A DNA stretch of 64,000 nucleotides. Origin: an uncultured Gemmatimonadaceae bacterium (GTDB lineage: Bacteria; Gemmatimonadota; Gemmatimonadetes; Gemmatimonadales; Gemmatimonadaceae). The stretch covers positions 96,001-160,000 of the forward strand of contig CAWBOC010000002.1 in assembly GCA_963790305.1 (NCBI GenBank), in the 5' to 3' direction. Positions 28,843 through 39,759 of the stretch are shown piece after piece (within the stretch, counting starts at the first letter, position 1; every line of letters starts with the position of its first letter). Position numbers and translations under genes: made by a program. The notes beneath the pieces are model-generated. The model was not told the origin of the DNA and made no database searches. It saw nothing but the letters and a program-made list of their open reading frames with translations.

Positions 28843-30261
28843 TTATCGTGCCGTCCCCACCCCGGGAGCATAGAGCGACCGGAGGCGCTGTGCCCGAAAG
28901 ACGTATCCCGCATTGCCCTGGATGCTCCACGTCAGACGACCCTGGGCGTCGTACTCCTCCACTCGGCCCTCCGTACCGAAGGAAACGAGAGTGCGTCCAC
29001 CCGCGAGCGGCTGAACACTTCCACCGATTTGCGTCGTGACCCCCGGAGTGGACCCGTACGAGTGCGACAGTCGCACCGTGCGCGCCGTCTCGCTCACGAC
29101 ATAGCGCTCGGCTCGGGACTCCGAAGGATTTCCAATGTTGTCGAGAATGACGAACGTGCTGCCGCCGGCGATCCGCACCCCATGTTGATGCGCAAACGCC
29201 GGTGCGGGCGTGTCGAGGAAGGTGAACTGGTTGCGGCGGCCACCGAGCCGCCATAGCACCGCCCCGGTGCGCGTGTCGATTTTCGTGATCTCGCTCAGGT
29301 TCCGAAACGACACGAGCAGGCTGCCGTCGGTATCGAGATCGATCGCGTTGCCGTGCGTCCAGTTGACGGTTGCGCCTCGGCGTTCCGCCTCATCGACGTC
29401 GGTGATGGCGAAGTGGTCGAACGGGCTCCACTCGAACAGGAGTGCGCCATCGGCAGCGATGTGCTGGACGACGGTTCCCGTGACGCGCGCCGCCGCGAGG
29501 CCGCCGTAGGGTGTGAGGTCCACGGTGCGCGACTCGTCGCACATGATCCAGTAGCTCCCATCGGGCAGACTGATCAGATCATGGAGACGTGACGAGAGGT
29601 TGCGCGCGCAACCAAGCGTCCGGGTCACACGGCCTAACGGGTCGATCTCGACCCACGGCTCCAGATCTCCGGGGGCGGGTGTCGGCGGCCTCGCGGTGTA
29701 GCGGCCGTTGGGCTGCGCCATGAAGCTCAGCCCGGCGCCGGTCGAGAATCGGTGATACCAGACGACTCGGCCGTCATTGTCGATGACGACGCCGTACATG
29801 CCGGCCGCGAAGACGACGTACCCCGGTGCGGGATCGGCGCCACCCGCGGTGTAAACAGGGAGATCGGACGGGAGCGCGCCCGTCGTCAGGCTCACCGGTT
29901 CGCCGACCGTCACACCCCCGCTGCCATACGCAACCGGTCGGAGGCGATAGTGCTGCGCGGGCCGAAGTCTCAAGATAGGGATCGAGACCGTGTCACCATC
30001 GACTGCGACCGCGGCTGTCACGCTGTCGTCCAACGCGGGCTCGAGCCGCACGACGACGCTATCGGCGTTACGAGCGCGCACCGACATCGCAGCGGTGAGC
30101 ACGTTATGCGTGCTTGCTCGCGCGACGGCCGACTCGATCAGCGGAGCGGGGGCGCGCTCGGGCCCGGCCGGTGCGTCCGAGCATCCGGCCAGCACCCCGG
30201 CGGTGAGAAGCAGCGCCCAGCGCCCCTGGCGCCTAGGGCTTCCAGACCGCGCTGCGTCCAT
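28843..30261 (-). CDS. Arylsulfate sulfotransferase (ASST) family lipoprotein
   Basis: LAGC lipobox; HDL, NWTHGNAI, SFRN, FAHQH, ILDN, YVFRAQR. Confidence 0.8.
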   Translation of the reverse strand: MDAARSGSPRRQGRWALLLTAGVLAGCSDAPAGPERAPAPLIESAVARASTHNVLTAAMSVRARNADSVVVRLEPALDDSVTAAVAVDGDTVSIPILRLRPAQHYRLRPVAYGSGGVTVGEPVSLTTGALPSDLPVYTAGGADPAPGYVVFAAGMYGVVIDNDGRVVWYHRFSTGAGLSFMAQPNGRYTARPPTPAPGDLEPWVEIDPLGRVTRTLGCARNLSSRLHDLISLPDGSYWIMCDESRTVDLTPYGGLAAARVTGTVVQHIAADGALLFEWSPFDHFAITDVDEAERRGATVNWTHGNAIDLDTDGSLLVSFRNLSEITKIDTRTGAVLWRLGGRRNQFTFLDTPAPAFAHQHGVRIAGGSTFVILDNIGNPSESRAERYVVSETARTVRLSHSYGSTPGVTTQIGGSVQPLAGGRTLVSFGTEGRVEEYDAQGRLTWSIQGNAGYVFRAQRLRSLYAPGVGTAR

Positions 30262-31942
30262 CGGGAGTGACCCGCTGCAATACCGCGCCCTGGATATCGA
30301 CTGCCCATATCGCCGGCATGTCGCAGTAGTAGTAGTACCCGCACGACTGCTTGGTGAACGAGATGGTCTGCCCATCGGTGAGCCACGCCGGGTCGCTGTG
30401 GAACGAGTAGGTTTGCCAGCCGGTGGCAAGCCGTCTCTGGTTCGTTCCATCGGCGTTCATGACGAAAATGTCGTGGGTACAGCCATAGTAGCATTCGACC
30501 TCGCGCGTGAAAGCGATCATCGAGCCGTCAGGCGACCATGCTGGCGCCGCTTCCGCCGAATCGTTCTGGGTGAGACGAACGACGTTCGAGCCGTCCGCGT
30601 TCATCACATAGATCTCACCGGCAGGATGGTCGCGCGTACTCACGAAGGCGATCTTGCCAGTACTCGACCACGTCGGATTGATGTCGTCGGCATCGTTGGT
30701 GGTCAGCTGGGCCAACCCGGTACCGTCGGGGTTGATGACGTGGATCTCCCAGTTGACGGTCCGGTAGCTCTGGAAGGCGATCTTCTGTCCGTCCGGAGAC
30801 CAGGTGGGCGACTCATCGCCGCCGGCGCTGGTCGTGAGGCGTGTCGCGTTCGTTCCATCCTCGTCCATGACGTAGAGCTCAGGGTCGCCGGAGTGTCGGA
30901 GCGTCGTAAACGCGATCCGACCGGTCGAGGACCAGGCGGGCTCCCAGTCGACGTTTGGCGTCGTCGTCAGACGCACAAGGCCGGTGCCGTCCGAGCCCAT
31001 GATGTGGATGTCGTCGTCCCTCACGAATGCGAGGAGCCGAGGTGCTTCGCACGAGATCGCGAACGCCGCCTGGGCGGTGGCACCAGGATCCACAGCGAGC
31101 GTGTGAGCAGCGGCGCCGGCCACGCGGCAATTCGCGCTCAACCCCTGGATGCTGACTGTGTAATCAGGAGCGGGCCGCAGGCGCTCGAACGTCGCGGATG
31201 CGTTCGAGCCGACGGGAAGCGTTGCGGAGGACTCCAGACTTGGCGACCGCAGGTCGAGGGTGTACCCATCCGGGTCCGTGCCCCCACCTGACGTGGCGAC
31301 TGTCACCGCCAGATTGCCGAACCTGACGCAAACGATGGAGAACGCAACGTCCGCTGTGGCACCGATCGGCACGGTGGCGACGGCCGTCTGTGCGCCCGTG
31401 ATCGTGCAGTTGGTTGCGACGCCGTTGAGTGCAACCGTATGACTCCCTTCGCGAACCCCAGCGATCGTTGTCGTTCCGTTGACCGGAACAGCCTGATTGG
31501 GTACTCCGCCTATGACGGCGACGTAGCCGTCGGGGTCGAGGTCTGCTCCGGTGGTCACGGTCGTCAGGCGCACACTCCCCACACGCGCTGTGCACGCGAG
31601 CACGAACGTGATAACCGCGATCTGGTTGCGCTCCACCCTGACCTGTCGCGGGTTCGTGCTGGTGACCTGGCAATTCACGCTCATCCCCTCGAGCTCCACC
31701 TCGTAGGTGCCTGGGGCGAGATCCGGAATCCAGATCTGGAGGCGCCCCGAGTCCACTCGATGCACCGGCCCATTCGCGACGGTGATCTGCAGGTTTTGGG
31801 TGATGACATCCTGGCCGGATGGGAGAATCAGGACCTCGATGGCGCCGAAGTTGGGAGGTTCCGCCGGGTTGTCGCACGCTCCGGCGAGGATGAGCAGCGC
31901 AGCACCTAACGCCGTGGCGACGGGTCTGGACCAGGCTCGCAT
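30233..31942 (-). CDS. Lipoprotein with Ig-like repeats and TolB/PD40 beta-propeller
   Basis: LAGAC lipobox; repeated G...NC motifs; PAWSS/PTWSPDG, IYVMNADGS repeats. Confidence 0.85.
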   Translation of the reverse strand: MRAWSRPVATALGAALLILAGACDNPAEPPNFGAIEVLILPSGQDVITQNLQITVANGPVHRVDSGRLQIWIPDLAPGTYEVELEGMSVNCQVTSTNPRQVRVERNQIAVITFVLACTARVGSVRLTTVTTGADLDPDGYVAVIGGVPNQAVPVNGTTTIAGVREGSHTVALNGVATNCTITGAQTAVATVPIGATADVAFSIVCVRFGNLAVTVATSGGGTDPDGYTLDLRSPSLESSATLPVGSNASATFERLRPAPDYTVSIQGLSANCRVAGAAAHTLAVDPGATAQAAFAISCEAPRLLAFVRDDDIHIMGSDGTGLVRLTTTPNVDWEPAWSSTGRIAFTTLRHSGDPELYVMDEDGTNATRLTTSAGGDESPTWSPDGQKIAFQSYRTVNWEIHVINPDGTGLAQLTTNDADDINPTWSSTGKIAFVSTRDHPAGEIYVMNADGSNVVRLTQNDSAEAAPAWSPDGSMIAFTREVECYYGCTHDIFVMNADGTNQRRLATGWQTYSFHSDPAWLTDGQTISFTKQSCGYYYYCDMPAIWAVDIQGAVLQRVTPDGRSAVWKP

Positions 31943-32188
31943 GAGCCCTCCGCGAAGGGACATTTTTTAGAGCGGGAACGGACGTGCGCCGGGTGGTGGC
32001 GCAGCGCCCCCGAAGGCGGGTCGCGCGAATCGCGGGTGCAGCAGGATAGCGGCGCGATGAAGCGCCGAGGGTGGGCGACGTGCGCACGTCCCGTTGGAGT
32101 TGCGACGGCGCAACTCCTTCATCCAGTCATCCACGGCCGCCTCCGGCCCGGGATGACTGGATATAGGTCCTAGGAGCGGACTGTCAAG

Positions 32189-32698
32189 CTAGTGGGCTCG
32201 ACCGTCGGCGATGGTCGGTCCGGCGGCACGGTCCTTCGTTAGGTTCCCGCACGCCACGGCCGACGAGTTCACGAGCTCCGACTGGAGGACGGTCACGGAG
32301 TATTCGCCCTCCGTGGGAACGGTGAAGGGAAGGGGGATGCTCGCGGCGGCGGTGCCGTGCTCGTCGGCGGTGATCGGTGTGTACGGCTGCAGACCGGCGA
32401 GTATCCCGCGTTCGTGGCCGCACTGGCCGAGGTGGACGAACCATGCGTGAGCGGCGCGCGGGGTGGCGCCGCTGACGGTGATCGTGGCCAGCGTCTCTCG
32501 ATAGGTGGCGCCCGGTGAGAGCGTCACCGTGCCATGTAGTGCCCCCGAGAGCGTTGCGGTCCACGTTTCCAGTTGGACGACATCGCCTGTCGAGGTCTCG
32601 ATCACCATCGGTGGTCGCTGCACGCAGGCAAGCAGTGCCAGCGCCGGCATCGCGAGTGCCGTCAATACGACCAGCGCGCGTCGGGCGGTGCGTAGCAT
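32189..32698 (-). CDS. CHRD/Cu-Zn SOD-like fold lipoprotein
   Basis: Own RBS and LLAC lipobox; HAWFVHLGQC...VACGNL. Confidence 0.55.
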   Translation of the reverse strand: MLRTARRALVVLTALAMPALALLACVQRPPMVIETSTGDVVQLETWTATLSGALHGTVTLSPGATYRETLATITVSGATPRAAHAWFVHLGQCGHERGILAGLQPYTPITADEHGTAAASIPLPFTVPTEGEYSVTVLQSELVNSSAVACGNLTKDRAAGPTIADGRAH

Positions 32699-32699
32699 C

Positions 32700-33196
32700 T
32701 CATGACCCCCCTTCGTCGAACTCCTCGGTGGTTGCACAGCTTTGGGTGGACTCGCGGATGTCGCCTGGAGGAACTTCCGGAGGCAGCTGCGCGGCAGACG
32801 CCGGTTGATCCAAACCACGCCTTCTCCCTTGTCGCGACCGAACGCTTCGAGGAGGGTTTGCTCCCCATCCTGAACGAAGAGGTGCGCGCACACCGCCTCG
32901 GGTGCGCAGCCGGCGACGAGGCGCGCCAACTCCGCGGTCGACCCGTCCTCTAACGAGAGGAAATACTCGCCGGTGCTCCGCCGTCGCGCAATGGAGCGAG
33001 TGGTGAGGAATGCTATCAGCGCGGGGTTGCGCGGACCAATCAATTGGAGGATCGCCGTCCGCGGCATTGCCGCGCCGATCGCCCGGATCAGTAACGCGGT
33101 GTCAGGCACACTTCCAATGTCGATCCGGTCGGGATCGGGAAGGGAAAGGCCGTGCATGCCGTTCAGGATCGAGCGTGCCCTGTCGAGCCAGTACAT
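32700..33196 (-). CDS. Hypothetical protein (reads through in frame into the downstream lipoprotein)
   Basis: Open frame MYWLDRARS...; an off-frame TGA at 32700-32702 lies just before the next ATG. Confidence 0.35.
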
Positions 33197-33521
33197 GAAG
33201 TTGCTCCACGTTCGCAATCAATGGACGATGGGCAGACCTCCCTAACGGCGGCCCCGGTCACAACGTTGTCGGGCCAATTGTGGGTGTGGTGCATGATCGC
33301 GCCAACAGCGATGCGGTAACGGTCTGTTTTTCGCCGGCCTGCGCGCATCCGGCGCGAGCATCGAGCACGAGACACATGACAGCCCCGCCGACGAGATAGA
33401 TGTAGAACCGTTCGGCTGAATGGCTCGCGCACGGGGCGTCGAAAGCCGTCAGCTAGATGAACGGACAGGAGCCGCCTCTTTTGCGTTGTACTCATGTGCC
33501 TTCCGACGCTTCGGAGCTGCA

Positions 33522-35839
33522 TCATGGTCTGCTTCCACGGCGTATCGCTCTGGACGGCTTCGTCCGGGCGTCACGGAGTTGTTGGAACCCATCATGCAGC
33601 GAGCGTATACCAGACGATCCACGAACTGCCGCCGACGATGTCGGCGCGCCACCCCAGCGACCCGCCGTACGGATTGCTGCTCCGTCGTCCAGCGAGAAGG
33701 AAAGGAGGAATGAGCCGCTTGTGGCGAAGGCTTCCCACTCGGTTGCGCCACCAGGTCGCAGTCCCCAGGCGGGGTCGAAGCCGGCAGCGGCAGTCAGATC
33801 CGGAACGACCAACTCCCACTCGGGTGGAGAGCCACCGAAGTAACCGAGTGTAGCAGCAACTTCACTGGTTGCCTGCGTCGCCGGCTGGACGAAGCGACCG
33901 ACGACCTCCTCGCCATACTCGCTCTGCCGCGGCAGCACCATCCGGTGGCGCAGATATGGCGAGCTCGCTACGACACTCAGCGTCGGCGTCGCCAACTGCG
34001 GTCCGAGCGCGACGCTGCGATTCTCGGCTCTGTGGAACGCCGTAAACAGGCGCCTGAGACCATTCGGAGCCGCAGCCTCGACGAACAACTCATGCAGGTC
34101 CCCCGGCGACTGAAGCGAGGTTGGTACGCCCGCGTACGGGAGGATCCCGACCGGCGATCCAAAGAAGTGCAGGTTGAGCAGCTCTTCGGTGCCGCCAGCG
34201 GTGATGTAGGTCATGAGCCAGCTCAGCGCGTCCGAGCCCAGCCCGGCCAGCGTTAGGCTCGACGATAATGGTGTGACGGCCTCGGCGGCGTCGAAGTCGA
34301 GCACCGGAATCACTGCGCCGTCGGGCAGATCGAGCCCGCGGCGGATGATAAGCTTCGTGGCATTGAAGTCGAACACATTGCCGGAGTGGCCTCTCGATGC
34401 CACGAGATCGAGCGCGCCGTCCGGAACGTTCCGGAGCGTGTAGCTCGTGCGATCCTGGGAGACGCTCGCGCCCCGTGGCCCGAGTGAGATGCTGACGTCC
34501 TGCCCGGCAACACCCGCGAGCGTACCGCTGAGCTGCTTGGTCCCGACGGGCGGCGAGCAGGACGGATCCCACGTCGATCCGATCTCGGCGAGCTCGGTCG
34601 CGGTGGCGTAGATGACATCGATCCGGTAGGCGAAACCAGACGGCCTAACGATCGCCACCCCGCCGCGCGAGGAGACGTTGAACGAGTAGGTTTCGCTGGG
34701 GCCGGCGGCGACGCGCGTCCACGGGCCGGCGTCGTCCTGTGAGGCGACCCAGATGGGGCGGGCCGCGCAGAAGCGGAACGAAACGTTCTGTGCACCACCG
34801 GCTGCCGCGATCTGTAGCGACAGCGTTGCCACGGCATCCGTTATTTCGGGGGAGCTGGCCTTGACTCTGAGAGCGTGGACGCCGGGTGCGGTACCCGCCG
34901 CGACATTGATCGTCAGCGCCGAGCGCGTACCCGCCTGTGGATTTGGCGTGAACGTGCCGGTCACGCCGGCGGGCGCGTCCTCGAGAGCAAAGGTCACAGC
35001 GCCGGTGAAGTTTCCTGTGCGCGTGAGTTTCACCTCGACCGCGGCGCGTCCACCCGCCTCGACGACTGCGGTAGCGGGGCTCACCGCGAGCGAAACCCCA
35101 GGGGCAGCCACGGTCAGCGCGAGCGTCGCGGTCTGGTCGCTGACTCCCTGGCCCTTGGCGCGCACGACGATCGCGTGCTGCCCCGACGCCGCGGAGGGAG
35201 CCACGGCAATCGTCGCCGTGCTTGTGTTTCCGCCTGCGGGAATACTCGCGGGATTGAACGACACGGTGACGCCCGCGGGCACATTCTTCCGCGCCGAGCT
35301 CGACCGCGCCAGTAAAGCTGCCGGCGCGCGTGATCGTAGCGGCCACTGTTGTGCTTTGCCCCGGTGCGACGGTGCGTGCGCCAGGAGTAAGCGAGAGCGC
35401 GAGTGTGCCTGGCACGTGAATGACAGTGAGTGTGACAGCCGCCGTTCTGTCTTCGACGCCCTGGGCACGGGCGCGTACGGTCAGGGCGTGATTTCCCGGG
35501 GCGGCCGAGGCGTCGGCGGCAATCAGCAGGCCGATGGCTGTACTGTGGTGCTCGCAGGGATTGGAATCGAGTGCGGCCCCAAAGTAAATCCCGCGACGAC
35601 ACCGGTGAGGCACACCTTCCACCGAGAGCGTAACCGCGAGGCGAACCCGTTGAGGCCCACAATCTGCGACAACCACGCTGTCATTCCCTGGCGGCCGGCC
35701 CTGTTCAAGCTCGATGGTCGCTGGGGAGACAGACAACGCGATGGCGGGCGCCAGGCCGAATAGGGTCATGCGGCTACACGACGCCAGCGTAAGACGAGAG
35801 GAAGGCGATCGTTAGGTCTGCGCGCCGGAGGGGGATCAT
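33522..35839 (-). CDS. Large Ig-like repeat surface lipoprotein (several frameshifts)
   Basis: LASC lipobox near 35775; three repeats TR.G.FTGAV....PAGVT..F.P...G...L.V.A split across ORFs 34645..35769 and 33522..35468. Confidence 0.6.
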
Positions 35840-36025
35840 GGCGGATTTCCGAAAGAAGAGGCAAGCCCCCGCCCAATGCGTTGACCTACCATGGGTATGG
35901 CGCGGGGCCACCCGCCGTGGGGGTTCGTCGAGTTCGGGTCCTGATACTTCGAGTCGTACCGAATTGAACGGACTGCAACAGACATTTTTCCGCGTCCGCG
36001 CGCGCGGACGACGGTCTACGGTGAC

Positions 36026-37243
36026 CTAACGTTGAGAGGCGTTGACACGCGCCCATCCGCTCCGTGCGGAAGACTGTGCGCGCCGCGTCGTCTGAAGTCG
36101 GGGCAAGTCGTCCGTGCGCGCGTTCCCGATCCGTGGATTCGAAGCGACGTCGAGGCCGACCGATAGACTGTAGGTGCCGATCTGCTGGGCTCCGACGCTC
36201 GATGCGCGGATCGCGTACAAATCGTCCGCCTCGGCGGTGTAAATGACGACCGCGGTGCCACTGCCGCTCCCATCGGTTTGGGCCACGACCTGGCCGGCGC
36301 GAACGATTCGAAGAAGAGGTGCAAACTGCGTCAATGTTTCCGTTACTCTCACGCGTTGCCCTCTGAGGATCACGAAACGAAATTCGTCCTCGTAGCGACC
36401 GGATGGGCCGGAACAGTCTGTCGAGGCGAGATTCTGTGACGTCGTGATACCAAGCATGACGAACACGCGCTCGCACGACTCGGCGCTTCCCGAGGTAGGC
36501 ACCACCGTGAGCTCGAACGGGCCCGTTGCCCCCGCCTCCATCGACGTGGCGGCGATCCCGTACGCGCCGCCTGTACCGATCGCTTCGCTCGCGGGGAGAA
36601 TTGCCTTGAACCGAGCCTCGCGAGTCGCGTTGACGGAGTCGTTCACGAAGTAGAACCACGGAGCAAAGCTGTAGAACTGCACCTCCGGGTCGAAGCTGGT
36701 GGATCGCAGGCTGATGCTGAGCGCTTGCTGTGTGGGCAGGTTGAGGGGAAACAGGTCATGGAACCGGCCCTCCACTTCGCAATCGTGAGGGCGCAACGTT
36801 CCGGAGATCGTGCTTCCCGGCGCAATCAGCGGCCAGGCCCACCACTCACACGACGGGAGGGCGACGGACGAAAAGCTGATCGGCTCCGTACCTGGGACAC
36901 TGGCGCGGACGGTCACCGGGCCTACCGAGGATCCCATGGTCACGCGGGTTTCCGCATTGCCACTGCCGTTCGTGGTACTCTGCGCAGGATTAATGGTCGC
37001 AGTACCCCCGATGACCGCCCACTGAACGGGGGCGCCGGCGAAGGGACGATCGTCTGAGCCGAATACCCGGACCCGCAGCGGTATCGGGAGCTCCTCGCCA
37101 GGACGTGATTGCTGGGTGTCGCCTGCCACGAGCTCGAGCCGTCGCGGTTGGACAGGGCCGGTTCCGTCGCTGCACGCGACACACACCACAGCCAATGACG
37201 TGACGGCTACCGTCAGGCAGGAGGAGACAGAGCGTCTGGTCAT
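36026..37243 (-). CDS. Lipoprotein with Big_1 and PPC-like domains
   Basis: CVAC lipobox; AGDTQ..PG.ELP.PLRVRV; ISLRSTSFDP. Confidence 0.65.
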   Translation of the reverse strand: MTRRSVSSCLTVAVTSLAVVCVACSDGTGPVQPRRLELVAGDTQQSRPGEELPIPLRVRVFGSDDRPFAGAPVQWAVIGGTATINPAQSTTNGSGNAETRVTMGSSVGPVTVRASVPGTEPISFSSVALPSCEWWAWPLIAPGSTISGTLRPHDCEVEGRFHDLFPLNLPTQQALSISLRSTSFDPEVQFYSFAPWFYFVNDSVNATREARFKAILPASEAIGTGGAYGIAATSMEAGATGPFELTVVPTSGSAESCERVFVMLGITTSQNLASTDCSGPSGRYEDEFRFVILRGQRVRVTETLTQFAPLLRIVRAGQVVAQTDGSGSGTAVVIYTAEADDLYAIRASSVGAQQIGTYSLSVGLDVASNPRIGNARTDDLPRLQTTRRAQSSARSGWARVNASQR

Positions 37244-39759
37244 GGTTGGCCCTCGACTCGTACCGGCACCCCGACGCCGGGTGACTGGTCGTCGGTCCCG
37301 AGCGCGAAGTTTCCATTAAAGCCCCAGCAGTACGCGAGGCTGCTTGTCGTCACACCGCAGCTGTGGTCTCGGCCAGCGCTCACGTTCGCGAAAGAGAGAC
37401 CTCCCACGACGGCGACCGGTGAAGCGGAATTGGTCGTCGTCGCGTTTCCGAGCTGACCCCAGCTGTTAAGTCCCCAGCAGTACGCCCTACCTGTTGACGT
37501 CACTGCGCATGTGTGCGCCTCACCGGCAGTAATCGCGGTGAATCTGAGGTCACCCGTTACTGGCTCAGGCGCCGTGCTGCACGGGAACGGCCGGTTGAAC
37601 GGATCTGGGTTCTGGCAGAAGTCGGGGCCCTCGAAGGCACCGTGGCCAAGTGCGCCCAACCCACTGGCCCCCCAGCAGTACGCCCTTCCATCAGTCGTCA
37701 GGCCGCACGTATGGCGTGCCCCGGCGGTGAGCGACACAAACTGCAGCCCGCCGATAACCACGACCGGCGTCGATCGATTCGTTTCGGTGCCATCCCCAAG
37801 CTGGCCGAACAGATTTTCGCCCCAGCAGTAGGCATCACCCGCAGCGCTGAGGGCGCACGCATGGATATCACCTAACGCGATCGAGGTAAACACGTGTCCG
37901 CCAGAGACTTCGACGGGAAGCGTGCTGCAGGGGAGGGCTGGCCCCCCCTGGGGAGTGCAGCTCCCTGGGCCCGTTGCCGTCCCGATGCCTAACGCTCCGG
38001 CAACATTGGCACCCCAGCAATACGCGGCGCCGGTCGGCGTGAGTCCACAAGCGAATTGATACCAACCACCATGCTTGTTCGCCTGAATGTCCGAGTACGA
38101 CCGCCCGCCGGACACGGCGACCGGCGTCCTGCTGCACGGCCCGCCAAACTCACATTGTTCCGGACCGCTCGTAGTCCCGATCCCAAGGGCGCCGAGCGCG
38201 TTCGCGCCCCAGCAGTACGCCTCGCCGGCCGCGGTGATGGCGCAGGTATGGCCGCCGCCCATGCTGATCTGCACGAACCGCAACCCGCGGGAGACCGCTC
38301 TGGGCAACATCCACGAATTGGCGGACCCATCGCCGACTTTCCCCGTCGAGTTCTCGCCCCAGCAGAACGCCCACGAGCTACCCCTCAAGCCGCAAGTCCC
38401 GCTATGCCAGCGCTCACCGTCTGGTACGGTCCCGGTGAGACGACATCGACCGTCGTCGTGTCGCTACGCCCCTGACTGGTGGCGACGATCGATACCGTGC
38501 CTGGCGACACGCCCATGACCCAGGCCTTCCCTGACGCCGCCTGTTCGACCGTCGCGATCGATGAGTTGCTGGTGCTCCAGGACAAGGTTGGAATGGGACG
38601 ACAATGCCGGCCGCGTCCTTGGTCACTGCGGCCATTCCGATCTTCCCCGTCAGCGGAACCGTATCGGACGGCGGCGACAGCTCGAGCGAGGCGACCGGCG
38701 TTATTGAACCGACTTGAATCACCGCTGTGCCCACGACGCTGGCATTGTCAGAACGTGGGCACGGATCCGTGTTTCTCCCTGAGCGACCGCACTGACGAGA
38801 CCTGTCGAGGACACGGACGCCACGGCCGGGTTCTCGCTCGTCCACAGGAGGGGGACGCCAGCGATTGAAATGGGTACGCGCGTCGTGTCATCACCGCCGC
38901 TCGCTCTGGCGGTAAGTTGAAGGCGTGAGCCAATGTTCAGCGCCGTGATATCTGGCAGTACCGTCAGCTGCGTGACTTCGGGCGCGAATGTCGAACCAGT
39001 CGTGAACTCGATTGCCACTTCCTGCTCCAGAGGATCACCATCTAGATCTCGGACTTCTGGTCGAACGACGAGTCGGAAGGTCGTATTCGCGCTAAGCGGC
39101 TCTGCTGACTGGAATGCCACACCAGCTGTGACGCCCTCGAGCAAGCGCGGCGTCCCGGCGACGGGTATGGTTCCACGCAAGAGCTGGATCGTCGAGGACG
39201 ATACCGAGCTCGCCGAAATAGGCTCGCTGAATACGATCACGATGACGCCATTGACGGCGACGTCCGTCTTGCCACGCGGCGGAATCGTGCGGATGACGCG
39301 TGGGCGCCGCTTGGTCGGAACCTTGCTTCCGGTGCGAGCGAGGGTCACACCCCCGGTGAGAATCTCGATCTCGATACTGTCCCCCGCCGTGGCGGGGACA
39401 GCTACCGGGTCAAGTCCACCCTCGACCATGAGGGCCGTTACCGTGCCCGTGATGCGCGGACTGTGGATCCGTGCGACGGTGGCGGTTGGGTAGCTTGCTG
39501 GCGCGAGCGAAACGTACGCGACCTCTTCGTCTCCGCTCGTCGTTTGCGCGGCAAAGGCGAATTCCGTGTCTCCCGACGATCGGTGACGAGCGGCTGAAAC
39601 ATTGGGCGCGCTCGCCGAATCCGACACAACGAGGCTCCCCAAGTCCGGTAGCAGATTGACCACCGGACGACCGGCGTCCGAGCACGCGCTGAGACATATC
39701 AGCGCAGCGGCACTTGCGAGCCCCATCCGTCGGATTCGCATGCGTGCCCCCTTCATCAT
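37240..39759 (-). CDS. Lipoprotein with Big_5/Big_2 domains and RCC1-repeat propeller (frameshifts ~38750, ~38580, ~38385)
   Basis: LSAC lipobox; IVIVFSEPI; WTSENPAVASV; repeated HTC.....G.AYCWG.N..G.LG. Confidence 0.8.

Noticed and set aside
33163..33525. 120-aa ORF in the intergenic gap
   Set aside because: Arg-rich and motif-free with no clear RBS; more likely promoter region
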